NCBI GenBank assembly: GCA_004764695.1
Contig: SMSO01000004.1
Coordinates: 1,240,001 to 1,304,000, forward strand
Reading direction: 5' to 3'
Length of the DNA: 64,000 bases
Source: Schizochytrium sp. TIO01
Lineage: Eukaryota > Protista > Bigyra: Labyrinthulomycetes
Each line of letters opens with the position of its first letter. The first letter of the stretch is position 1. Positions 42,854-53,910 of this stretch are shown in pieces. The position numbers were made by a program, and so were the translations under genes. A model generated the notes under the pieces. It saw nothing but the letters and a program-made list of their open reading frames with translations, made no database searches and had not been told where the DNA came from.

Positions 42854-44143
42854 GTGTCCAAACCAGCAAGTATTAAATTCGAGCTCTTCAAAATTGAGAG
42901 CGAGGCACGCGGCATTAATCCAAAAAGTAAGGCAAGCAAAGAGAGGCTAATGCTTTGCTGGAACGATGAATTACGCAACGACCTGAAGAAGCTCGGAATC
43001 GAAGCAGAAGGTTCTAACAAAGAACTCAGTGATATGCTTGGGCTCACCAAGTACTTACGCCGCCGAGCTAATTTACGGTGTAGCGGGGTAGCTTGCGATG
43101 GCGACGACGGGGTTCCCAAGATGCCTGTTGATATGTCATTACGATGCCTCGAAAAAGAGCTTGAGGATCGTAAAATCGTACTTGCTGAACCAGGTCGTAA
43201 GGCTCGGATTGTGGCTTTGGAAGAGGCTCTTTTGAAAGAGGTAGAAGGCTTGGTAGGTGACGGCTTTGATTTTGGACGACGCTTCCTGAGTGTAGAGGAT
43301 CTGCTACCTTCAGATGAGCTCAACGATTGTGAATTACGTGAAGAGCTTAAAGCTCGCGGTCTTAAGGCACCTCGGAAAAAGCAGGAGAAACTAGATTTGC
43401 TCTACAAAGTTTGGGAGGAGGATATGGAATCTCGTGTGCAAGAATGTTTTCGGGAAGAGCTCCTAGACGAAATGGTTCGCCTCGGCGTTGGCCCCTTGAA
43501 GCATGAAGCCAATGATAAAATTATAGAATCGGATTTGGTGAAAGGTTCTTCGAATCTAGTCACGCTCCCTGAAGAGGAAAAATTGTCGCACCGTTTACTA
43601 CAACAATCTCACGAAAACTCACATCCATCCTCGTGCCTTCCACCTGCTTCTTCTTCATCTCGCAAACGAAAATCACCTTCTTCTAACGTGTCATCACGAA
43701 CTCGCTCGAAGGTTAAAGCAAACGTAGTAGAGTCGCCTGAACGTTCTCTACAGAAGGGTGTCGCATCTACAAACTTCGAAGAGAAATTATCTGAGCAAGA
43801 AGAAACCTTGTTGGACGAAGAAGATATGGTAAGCGTCAGGTCACCAAAGATAAAAGCAAACCCAGCTGGCTCGGATTCAGGGTATGAAACCCCGGCAAAA
43901 CGGGTGCGCAAATTTGCTGAGGAGTCTTTTCAGCGAACCGGCCTTGCCGAATTCTTTGGGGCCGCACCTCTGACGCCTTCAGATGTGGCAGCAGCAACTC
44001 AGCTTGCTCGTGCTGCTCGCCAACTTCTTGAACCTTTAGGCACCAATGAATTATTCATTACACTATTTCAGAGCGACAAATGGCGCGATGAGTACCGTGA
44101 ACCTCCATGTGAGGTAAGGCGAGGAAACTGCAGGATTCAATAG
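42854..44143 (+). CDS. SAP/HeH-like repeat protein with NLS-like motifs, CDK-type sites and C-terminal CaaX (CRIQ); 5' end unresolved
   Basis: Three helix-extension-helix motifs (ELRNDLKKLGIEAEGSNKELSDML; CLEKELEDRKIVLAEPGRKARIVALEEAL; ELREELKARGLKAPRKKQEKLDLL); RKRKSP, SPK, TPAKRVRK; ends CRIQ*. Frame is open from 42794. Candidate first exon 42268..42382 (accATGG, GAAG|GTAAGT) is phase-compatible with AG acceptors at 42797 or 42839. Confidence 0.75.
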   Translation: MSKPASIKFELFKIESEARGINPKSKASKERLMLCWNDELRNDLKKLGIEAEGSNKELSDMLGLTKYLRRRANLRCSGVACDGDDGVPKMPVDMSLRCLEKELEDRKIVLAEPGRKARIVALEEALLKEVEGLVGDGFDFGRRFLSVEDLLPSDELNDCELREELKARGLKAPRKKQEKLDLLYKVWEEDMESRVQECFREELLDEMVRLGVGPLKHEANDKIIESDLVKGSSNLVTLPEEEKLSHRLLQQSHENSHPSSCLPPASSSSRKRKSPSSNVSSRTRSKVKANVVESPERSLQKGVASTNFEEKLSEQEETLLDEEDMVSVRSPKIKANPAGSDSGYETPAKRVRKFAEESFQRTGLAEFFGAAPLTPSDVAAATQLARAARQLLEPLGTNELFITLFQSDKWRDEYREPPCEVRRGNCRIQ

Positions 44144-44543
44144 AGCAGTCAGAAATTTTAAACTCACCCCTTACTAAAGCTCTGCTCAACTATCTTACTT
44201 TTCGTATTGTTTTTGATTTGTTATTTTTGTATTGCTGTTTCTGTATTGCTACAAAATATAAACGTCATCCATAATTTAACATGGGTTGGGCAACACTCAA
44301 CCGCAGATTGAACACTAGACATGTTATGAAAGAGGAAACATATATTCGGACGACTAGGTGCATCCTTTAGGTCTTGATCGAGAAAAACATTGAGACTGAC
44401 TGACAAGCAATACCGTTCCATTATCTATGGAAGGCGTGCGAGAGAATTGATTGACCAGAGCCACCACCATTCTTATCCATATATTATATAATTTGTACTG
44501 TTTAATTGGTCCTTTGCGTTTTCCATCAAGATATTATCTGAAG

Positions 44544-46187
44544 TCAATATACAATCGATTGACACCAGTGCCTTAGATGGATAATCGTGGCAGCAAAGCT
44601 GGTTTTGGGCCATTGATATTTCTCGTGGTGAACTTCTACAACAGCTAGGGTGCAATCAAGTGCTTCAATAACATCTTTAAGGCACAGCCAACTAAGTACA
44701 GTCGTTTTGTGTGTCGGTGAAGGTGCTGTGGTGAGCTGAAATATTGGAACAGGACGAACGGTTGAGTAAGTGAGCAGCACTGAGCGCCATGAGATTGTAA
44801 GTAGTTCCCATACTTCTGCTACCAAAGTTGAATGATATGCATTGAGCATATCAAGATGCTCTACGAAGCCAAGAGTAGTAGCAAGTAGTAAGCAAGCAGG
44901 TCTTAGTGCGGCCACGTCCGAACGTACACGACCCCTTATAACTCTTAAAGTGTTTAAGAGTCCTGAGCGAATTGCGCTAAGAGCTCCCTTATACTTGTCA
45001 ACGCCTTCGGAACTGCAATTATTCTCCACAAAAAGCCGGCAGAGACGCCGTACTTCATCATAAAATTCCCACTCCCTATCAGAAATTTCTGGATTAAAGC
45101 GTTGTTTTGTATATGTTTGTTTATCTTGCGGGATGTCGAGCCCATGGTTAAGCAGTCGAGTTGTCGGGACCAGCTCCAGCAAATTATCTGGAGAATATTT
45201 GACGCGCTGAATTGACCAATTTTCGTATACAGCTGTCATATCTCTCCAGAATATGTCCACTTTTTCTTTTAAGCTTCTCTCCAGAGCAACCCGAAGTTCT
45301 AAACGATGCTGGTGCGTTAAAAGGAAATATTCAAATTCGGATTCTTCCAAGACATGTTTGGCCAGAGTTGACGTCAATGCATTATCATTTTCAAACTCAC
45401 AGTCGCCTGAAAGCCACGCTTTGAGTGTTACTGAATCTATACCTACTTCTTTTGCAAGAGTTTCTGCAGAAATTTGTTTTCGGGCCATGTAAGTCGAAAC
45501 TATGGAGACTGTCTGAAAGGCGTACTGTATGTTTTTTTCATAAGGCCCCATCGGTTTTTGAGACCCTACAAGGCATGAAGTTGGCATGCTGTGATAACAT
45601 TTAGACTGCTGTGCACCACGACTTCTGAGTCGTGATGCCTCCTGACCATCGGTAACTGTTGGCAATTGAGTACCCGCATCACAACGCACACTTTCTGCAC
45701 TTATATCAGGGATTTTGTTCTTGAGATGTGTCAGTGAGACTGAAGTCACGACTGACCTCTCTGCTGGAGCTGGATTCGTTTTAAGGCCACACTGAAACAG
45801 ATCAGAGTTCTCAAGCTCGCTATCTGGAAAGGGTGGCGTGATCTGGTCTTGAGTATCAGGAAGCTCTCCCCTTGTACAGTGGATTTCTTTACAGCAATTC
45901 TTAATTACATGAGGCTGGCGTTGTCTTTTAGCTCCATTATCTTCGTGGCACACATCTTTAAGGCCGCCTAGAGCTGGTGATAAGGCATTCTTTTGAAGTT
46001 TTGCTGAGTCCCTTTGTCGATTTAGGGTGAGTTCTTCCACAATTATTTCTCTGCTGCAGCGTGTTTCTTGAGTCCTCTTTCTGTTCTTTGCAATTTGATC
46101 CCTACAATATAGATTCTGTCTGTCATTGGGAGTTTCTTGATAATATTGATTAATTTCGTTCTGGTGTACGAATTGTGAGGGCAACAT
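44544..46187 (-). CDS. Hypothetical protein (~547 aa from first ATG) with a Cro/C1-like helix-turn-helix
   Basis: Long ORF containing YMARKQISAETLAKEVGIDSVTLKAWLSG (45402-45490), which fits the XRE/lambda-repressor HTH pattern. The rest is unrecognised. Confidence 0.6.
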   Translation of the reverse strand: MLPSQFVHQNEINQYYQETPNDRQNLYCRDQIAKNRKRTQETRCSREIIVEELTLNRQRDSAKLQKNALSPALGGLKDVCHEDNGAKRQRQPHVIKNCCKEIHCTRGELPDTQDQITPPFPDSELENSDLFQCGLKTNPAPAERSVVTSVSLTHLKNKIPDISAESVRCDAGTQLPTVTDGQEASRLRSRGAQQSKCYHSMPTSCLVGSQKPMGPYEKNIQYAFQTVSIVSTYMARKQISAETLAKEVGIDSVTLKAWLSGDCEFENDNALTSTLAKHVLEESEFEYFLLTHQHRLELRVALERSLKEKVDIFWRDMTAVYENWSIQRVKYSPDNLLELVPTTRLLNHGLDIPQDKQTYTKQRFNPEISDREWEFYDEVRRLCRLFVENNCSSEGVDKYKGALSAIRSGLLNTLRVIRGRVRSDVAALRPACLLLATTLGFVEHLDMLNAYHSTLVAEVWELLTISWRSVLLTYSTVRPVPIFQLTTAPSPTHKTTVLSWLCLKDVIEALDCTLAVVEVHHEKYQWPKTSFAATIIHLRHWCQSIVY

Positions 46188-46725
46188 TGAGAGAAACAAT
46201 GATGATACAGAATTCCTTGCGACTCCTTGTATGGAGTTTTGTTTTGGTTTGTGTTGGCAGAGGAAATTGCAAAAAACAGTATATCTTGAGCAAGAGGTTA
46301 TATGAAAGCAAGGAACTTGAATCAAAACAGAGTATTGACCTAATTGCACGCTGTATTTCGCAAGAAAGTGCCTGGTCCCTTCTGGATTCTTCCTTGGGTA
46401 GAGTCCTTAGCTCAACGACGACTATATGTTTCCTACCTGTGCACGATTGCAACAGAGCTAGAAGTGGCCAGCTGGATTAGTATGAGCGGCTTTGCCTGTT
46501 GCGATTCCGTTGGTCTCACAGAGTAACTGAATCAGCTTATCTCTGATAAATACCTCAGCGTATCTATTCTCTACGAGACGTGGATGTGCGACACCGTTAT
46601 AGCCTTGGATATAGTTTGGAACCGCGTTGAATGAAGGACTTGATGGGGCGTTTTTCAAGAGTTCGCGAATATTATAAAAGCTAGGTCCAATGAATATGTC
46701 TGATTGTTCAGCACGTGAATGTCGT

Positions 46726-46952
46726 ATTATTATAGTTATAGTTATAGTTATAGTTATAGTTATAGTTATAGTTATAGTTATAGTTATAGTTATAGTTATA
46801 GTTATAGTTATAGTTATAGTTATTGTTATTGTTATAGTTATTGTTATTGTTATTGTTATTGTTATTGTTATTGTTATTGTTATTGTTATTGTTATTGTTA
46901 TTGCTATTGTTATTGTTATTGTTATTGTTATTGTTATTGTTATTGTTATTGT
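46726..46952. repeat. Compound hexamer microsatellite (ATAGTT)n switching to (ATTGTT)n
   Basis: Directly visible; source of the spurious ITITIT / IVIVIV / YSYCYC ORFs. Confidence 0.95.
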
Positions 46953-47294
46953 AATGACGATAATTTTAAAACATGAAAACAAGAAAAGGAATAATTAAGC
47001 AGCAAATCTTAATCAGAAGGACTCAGCGTGTTCGTGGTACTGGGTAGAAATGACACAGTCTTGAGTAGAAAAACTTGTGTGGATTAGTCACGTTGTTTAC
47101 ACCCATAAATCATTATTTTACAGCATTTCACTCATTCATTGCATCAAATCCAAAACAGTGAGATAATTCAGGCACAAGCGCACTTACTGTAGGTTGTTTG
47201 ACTATTTCGCGCCAGCTTCATACTTGTAAAGAAAGAGTAATATATGCACTTTGGCCCTCCTCCTCTGTTTTATACGCCACGGAGATTTGGAGTC

Positions 47295-47758
47295 TGGTTG
47301 GTTTGCAAATGCAGGAATGCAAATTGTTCCATTTCTTTACTAGTATCATTTGAGCGACTGTGTCATGAGAGTCTTTACCATAGCATAAAAGGAGGTAGAG
47401 AGGAGTGTTATGCTGGTATAGACACAGAGCTTATATGTGGTGGAAAAGATACATGAGATTTTGAAGTACGATTTTGAAATGACGTCGCATTTTCAAAACT
47501 GCGATGTTTCTTTGTCATTCGTCGTTGGTTGGTTTGCAAATGCAGGAATGCAAATTGTTCCATTTCTTTACTAGTATCATTTGAGCGACTGTGTCATGAG
47601 AGTCTTTACCATAGCATAAAAGGAGGTAGGGAGGAGTGTTATGCTGGTATAGACACAGAGCTTATATGTGGTGGAAAAAGATACATGAGATTTTGAAGTA
47701 CGATTTTGAAATAACGTCGCATTTTCAAAACTGCGGTGTTTCTTTGTCATTCGTCGTT
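47295..47758. repeat. Tandem duplication, 2 x ~231 bp, non-coding
   Basis: tggttggtttgcaaatgcaggaatgc starts at 47295 and 47526; both units end tttctttgtcattcgtcg. Confidence 0.9.
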
Positions 47759-48082
47759 TCTTATCTAATCTTTACTATTACAAAGCGCACAGAAAACTCA
47801 GAAATAGTGGTGCGATGAAATGATATTGCCATCCTCTAGATAAGTTTAAGAGGGAGATCCAATTTCGATTTTATTTTCGAGCATTGCATGTACATCTTCC
47901 ATGCACTCATTTGCGCAAGGACTTAAAATCATTGTCGTTTATATATGGTGAAGCATTTCAGGAAGACACGGAAGTGGTACTGTATCGTGAGATTTTTTAA
48001 TTGTAATGAGGTATGAAAAGCTACCTTACGCTATCAAGAAACATCTTTAACAAGAACAATGAGAAGTTCCGGGTCATGCAAA

Positions 48083-48895
48083 TCAAGGAGGAGGCACAAC
48101 GTCATAATGTTGAAGTGTATAAACTGTGCCACCTTGAGAGGGTGGATCTCCTAAAAGCCAGAGATTCAAAACGATGACGACATAAACAAAATGCAATACC
48201 AATGTGAGGAGGAATGAGTAGAACCATTGTAAATTACCCTTACCAATGCAGTGGCCAGTCCAAGGGCAGTGGTGATCATACTCTTCGATACATGCGTCAC
48301 AATCATAGCAATGGACGGCCGTGTAAGGACGATAGATATTGCAGCGATTACAAAATAAACCTTTGCGTGTAACTCTAGTGGGATTTTCCTCGAAATCGCG
48401 ATCAAGCGCCTCGATGGCTTGCTTTTTAAGAATTCCTGGATCTGAGAATGCTGTCACCATGAAAGAGCCGAGGCATGCTACAAAGCTGACGAGCCCTGTT
48501 AGCTCTGCTAATAGTCCTAGAAATGGTGCAGCAAAACAAAGCGCAAAGAAGCTAGGAATCAGAATGAGCGTAATAGTAACAAAAGAGCAACACCAGTCTG
48601 GACCAAGAAGGCAATGAAATGGAAATTTTCTCCCTCGAGGCTTGCCATAAACAAGGCGATGGTTTCCATCAATCCGTTTACAGACAAATAGTCGAGTGCC
48701 TTTTTCTATTGCTTCGTCTTCTGCCGGTATTGTCGAGGAGTCAAAGACCTCCTCGTCGCTTCCCGTCCTAAATGTGTGTGATTTAATAGCACTTGTCGTA
48801 ACATGATCTAGTGCCTTGCCTTCCTCTAAAGTATCTGCTACGCGAGACCTGAGGTCGTGGTGTAGCTTTTGAGCATCTTCACTTGCAAAGATCAT
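48083..48895 (-). CDS. DHHC-type (zf-DHHC) protein S-palmitoyltransferase
   Basis: Two TM helices, SDPGIL, then FCNRCNIYRPYTAVHCYDCDACIEEYDHHCPWTGHCIGKGNLQWFYSFL and a third TM. First ATG at 48895 (track start is TTG). Confidence 0.93.
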   Translation of the reverse strand: MIFASEDAQKLHHDLRSRVADTLEEGKALDHVTTSAIKSHTFRTGSDEEVFDSSTIPAEDEAIEKGTRLFVCKRIDGNHRLVYGKPRGRKFPFHCLLGPDWCCSFVTITLILIPSFFALCFAAPFLGLLAELTGLVSFVACLGSFMVTAFSDPGILKKQAIEALDRDFEENPTRVTRKGLFCNRCNIYRPYTAVHCYDCDACIEEYDHHCPWTGHCIGKGNLQWFYSFLLTLVLHFVYVVIVLNLWLLGDPPSQGGTVYTLQHYDVVPPP

Positions 48896-51800
48896 CGGGA
48901 GGCCGGTTCGAGATATGCTGGGCTTACCACCATGCAATCCACAGCAGATACCGTCTTCTCTTTCTATATTTAGCTGCTACTTGAACTCCAGACAAACCCT
49001 TTTAGATTGCTTGCGCAGTCCGTACGCAGCGCAACGCAGCGCTGCTTGGATGATACGAGAGATGACGCCAGACCGGGTTTCATTATCTTTATTACACTCT
49101 CTCGCTACCTAGGAAGGTATAGGAAGGTTCACTTATCTAGTACCTACTTCCTGACGGTACCTCGCCATTTTGTGTAAATTGACGAGGTATCAATAAGCGA
49201 TTTGGCCGAGTTTTCTGTCCAGTTTTAAAAGATTTTAACTCGGCACCTTTTGACTTGTGAGGGCAAACTGGCCTTAGTTCAAATTTCGCTGCTGATAGCA
49301 GGTAAGCAGGAACCAATTTGATCATTGATCATTGCGAGAACGCAGGGAATGGTTGTTCACAGATTAGTATGCGAACACAGTGATGATCAAATGATCAGAG
49401 CGGGAGCATGTAATAAATACCACAGCTCTAACTAGGTACCATGGATAATTTGATGTGCTTGTAGCAGGACTTCTCTGCATCCAAGGTCCGCTGCTTTTTT
49501 CTTCAGAGAAGGCAGGGAGAAGAAACTTATGATCACGTTACAGTCCAACCCTGAATAATCCACGGCTGATGTCCCTTTAGTACCTGGACGAATGAATTGC
49601 TAGACTCGATACAAAAGAACTCAATGTTTTTCAGAGAGGAATTTATCACTTGGCTCCGGGTCGCATATTCAATGTGGTGTTTTTTTGCAATTGAGGATCG
49701 CGAGACCGTTATGTGCAGTCCAATTGTCGGATGCTCCAAAGGAAGGAAATGGCCATGTACACCAAAGGACCCTTGCAAGGCTGCAAAGTAAAACTAGATG
49801 TTTATTATGATGACCATAAACTGACTATGCGCCAAAGCGCACTTATCTGCAACTTGATTGGAAAAAGGCTTCACAAAATTTATACAATCTACAAGAAAAA
49901 CATAGCATTGAGTGTGTAACGCATTGTAAATAGTACCAGCTACTGACCAAACGGACGCATACTTAAAACGTTGTAAATCAATTATATTCTGTTCTAAAAT
50001 TATTGAAGCTGTTAAGCGAAAACCCTATTTCACCTTTTAAACTTTTAGTATGCAGTTATAGTTCGATTCCTAAATTCTTGTGAAATGTGATCAAATATTT
50101 AATAGTTTCTGCAACAGCGTGAACCAGAAATGACGCCTGTTCAAGGAATGATTGGCAAATGAGTCATCGAAAGGCATCACAATCTACTTGACAATAAAAA
50201 TTCTTTCATCTCACTGTTTATAATTTCCAAGAAATCCTTATACATGTGAGGAAGTTGTATCTTATTTGACGAACTGATGTAGTAACTTCTGAACCAAGAA
50301 ATAGAGCACATGGACATTCGTGCAAACCTCGACTCATACGACCGTTCTGGATATCAATTTGGTCATCTAACGATGCACGTGAGCAATGTTATCATTGTTG
50401 ACAATGGCCATGCTTAAGTACAGATTCGAATCTAAAGGGAGCAAAGAATCGACCTGAACAAGATCGCAGCATTGATGACAAAAAGAAAAGTGAAGAGCAA
50501 AAAGGTCGTCTCTTTTCCGAAGTGGCTAGCGTCAAATAGCAAAGTCTTGGCTCAGGTATTCCTTCCTTCTGTATACACATGTTAATAGCGTTTTAAAAAT
50601 GCATTGTCATTATATTGTTGGTTATGTAAAACGAAACTAAGCGACGCCATTATTTCTCACAGACCTGCTGTACTCTTCTTCCTAGAAAATCTTCACTTCG
50701 ATATCTTTATTCGATAATGGCGATTGCTCAAATGCAGTCATTTAGCTTTCAAAATATTGTCAAATTCCTTAATTAGTCTGGTTTTACTAACATGTAGGTA
50801 ATTGTATAAACTATTTTGTTCTATCAACTCATTATCAATACTATACATACATTGTAAGTAGGAGGCACAGTGGAAGTACGGTTGAACAGCTTAATCGTGT
50901 GAGTAGAATCAGGAATATTCATCACTGAATATTTTTAGGGGTAAAGCTAAGAGCTTACTCAATTATTTTCGATTGTTACAAAAAATCTAAGCGGTGGATT
51001 CTTAAAAGTAAAGTTAGAGGAAGAGAAAACATCGAACACGTCTCAACTGAACAGATTCTCTACTAGGCGTCATTAAACAATCCTGCTTTTCATGGCCAGT
51101 CTTTCTGCGAAGCAATATGCGTTAGCTGAAAAATAAACTACACAGAAAATGCTAAATAACGCACAAGCTACGTCCTCATATAGTACTACGTTAAAGTAGG
51201 ATAAGAAACTAATGGATCGAGAGGAGATACAACATTACATTAAATAAGAATCGACATGACATTTGAATGCCAACAGTATACACACTCACTTGCGAACTTG
51301 GATGACCATCTAGTTTCCAGGTATTTCTACAAAGGAAATATATTAGACACTTAAATCTCGAGTATGCGGTTGACTAACTACTCTTTGCAAATGGCAAAGA
51401 AATGGCTCTTTGACTTACTACTTATATGTATTATCAATCTCTTCACTCCAGCGTCAAGGCAATCTACCTATAAATTGGATTACCGTGGTCGACAGCCCTC
51501 TCTCCTAAATACTGGAGATTGGCTCCGCAAAGATGAATTGAACCTAGACTTTCAATTTGATTCATTCGCCTTCAAGGTGGGGCAATCCATAACCATTTGC
51601 GCTTCTGACTTGGAGATAGTTATCACAAGTGGAGCAAATGCGTATCTTTTCGTTGCTATCTGCAGTTTCACATTTGGCTCTTCTTTGATTGGCACATCAA
51701 AGTCGGATGATTGAACCAGCGGCCAAGCATGGACCTTCAAGTTGGTTTAATTCATTTGAATGAAGAAAATCATAGCATAACTGCCTGCTACAAAACTTGG

Positions 51801-53095
51801 TATGTTGTTCAGTTTTCCCCTAGTTACTGGAACCAAGCTACTACCATGTGGGTCGCATGCATACCAGAGTTCAACTAGTCTCAGCTTTGTAGACTGAACA
51901 AGACGACAAGCTGGACTTGCGCCTTCCATTTTTGCCCACACTTTTGTGGTGACGAGGGTCAGATCATGGGATATTCTTCGTATTTTACTTGGGCTGGCTG
52001 ATTCTGAGGTCCCCCTTCACGGGCCAGCAACGTATTAGTAGGTATACCTTACTACTAGATGTTGGAAGTAGACTAGTCCTGTTGCTTAGTACTTGTGCTT
52101 CAAACGGCGATTAAAAGAATGTTGCTATCTTTCCATTCTCACTAGTCAGAGGTCGTTCCTTTCAATCTTTTGACTTAGGTTAAGGTTAAAGCTCACGCCA
52201 AGACATATCGGTAATACCAGCAGCGCCAATGTGTTAGGTGGATGGATACGCTATTATCGAGTGCTTAGACTTTTGTTTTAAAACTTTTTTTTAATTGAGG
52301 TAATTAGTGCGTACCTTATGTGACATTTATTCGAAGCAAAGCAGCAAAGTTGAATAAATTAAGAGTCTTTCCACTTGCGGGTGGCTCTAAGCAACTTGAA
52401 GGACCACCCTCCAAGCAAAGATAACTAACTGTCAAGCTATTCGTACTATGTGTAGATGTGCAAAAACTGGGTCTGCTCGCAAGACTGATGATAAAAAGCA
52501 AACTGGACGCATGCGGACTTTGGAGTCCGCTGTGGTCGGGCAGATCACACGCGTTGCCACGTTTATGATTGAAACACTTTCCTGTATAGCTGGCCTTACC
52601 TGGTTGGACATGGAAGTTATAAGGACATTAAAAGATATATGTACATCAGATTTTATGCCTCTAAAAAGAAAGGAGCACTGAGTCGGACTAATTTATTATT
52701 ATCATTACCATTATCTGTAAGGGTTTCTATTCATATATTTTTTGCTTTTATAAAATAATAATATAGGGAAGAAGAAGATAATTTGTCAGATTTCACGTTG
52801 CTAAAGCTCCCATGACTTGGAACTTTTCATAGCCAATTTAGAATTTATATGCATGAGCATCTTTCAGCATAATCAGCGTCCAAATGGTCCAGCCGTAGAG
52901 ATAAATAGTTCACCAGGTAATCAAGGCAATGTTTACAATGGTTAAAGCTCGCTCCGCGATCCGTAGCTTCAGCAGACCCGAAACATCAGATCTTCAGAAA
53001 CACAAACAAGAAAACCTACACGCAAAACACAAGCAGTTCTTAATTCGTTGAAGCAATTCGAGAATCTTTGAGCCCAACCGCAAATAAAAAGAAGA

Positions 53096-53910
53096 ATGAC
53101 AGCCTCGTTTGCAGCCCTTGCCATTGTTGCCAGCATGTTCATCGCCAAATCTGATGCATGCAGTTTTTCGGAAATTACAAGAACGTACAGTGCGAGGCGT
53201 GGAATGCTTTAGCTGATACTTTTCAGTCCGAGAACTGGTCTGTATGTCAGACCGCACGTGATGAAAATCCTTGCTCATCCAGCTCCTGTGCAAAGACGAA
53301 TGGCTTTGTGAACTGCAAGGATGGCAGACTCCGCCGTCTCGAATTCTTCGAGGACATCGGAATGGTATACAACACATCGTATGGAATTGAAGCTCTTTCA
53401 GATGCTTTTCTTGCAGCTTCGGACATCAAGTTTGAAACGTTAACCATTAATAACCAGTCTGGCCTTGAGCTTACAGCATGCATCCCTGAGCTGTGCAGCG
53501 CTATAACATGTGACTTCACTTACTCGGGCTGCTCTGGCCTTTGCACGGACTCTGGTCTCTGCCCTCTTACGGATGCCCCGACAACGTCTAGTCCCACAAC
53601 CGCCCCGACAGAATTTCCGACAGAGAGTCCTACGATTAGCACCGCCAGTCCTACATCTGCCCCGACTGAGATGATTGTGACAGATAGCCCCACTGCTGCT
53701 CCCACGGAAGAACCTGGAAGCGAAATCACCTTTGCTCCTTCCGCTGCACGTCCTGCCGATTGCCCCAACGCAACTAATCCGGATTGTGACACTGATTCTC
53801 CGACAGCTTCCCCTACTTTCTCGCCCACTGATGCACCTTCCAGCGCTGGCAGTATTCAAGCTAGTAGCCTTGTGATTGTCAGCACTTTGATTGCACGCAT
53901 GCTCTGGTAA
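53096..53910 (+). CDS. Secreted, probably GPI-anchored Cys-rich/PT-stalk surface protein; 1-nt frameshift at T5 run 53164-53168
   Basis: ATG 53096 gives signal peptide MTASFAALAIVASMFIAKSDA. Adding one T joins it to CSFFGNYKNVQCEAWNALADTF...ENPCSSSSCAKTNGFVNCKDG, a PT-repeat stalk and a hydrophobic tail SSAGSIQASSLVIVSTLIARMLW (~271 aa). Confidence 0.8.

Noticed and set aside
5610-46187. A functional chromatin gene cluster (ORC3, sirtuin, Tudor giant, SAP, HTH)
   Set aside because: Adjacency in a compact eukaryotic genome is weak evidence; no shared regulatory signal seen. Conserved synteny would be needed.
46458-46998. ORFs with ITITIT, IVIVIV and YSYCYC runs
   Set aside because: Translations of a hexamer microsatellite; also not a recognisable telomere repeat.
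50050-50080. gttcgattcc T-loop-like motif (tRNA?)
   Set aside because: No flanking T-stem, acceptor stem or D-arm.
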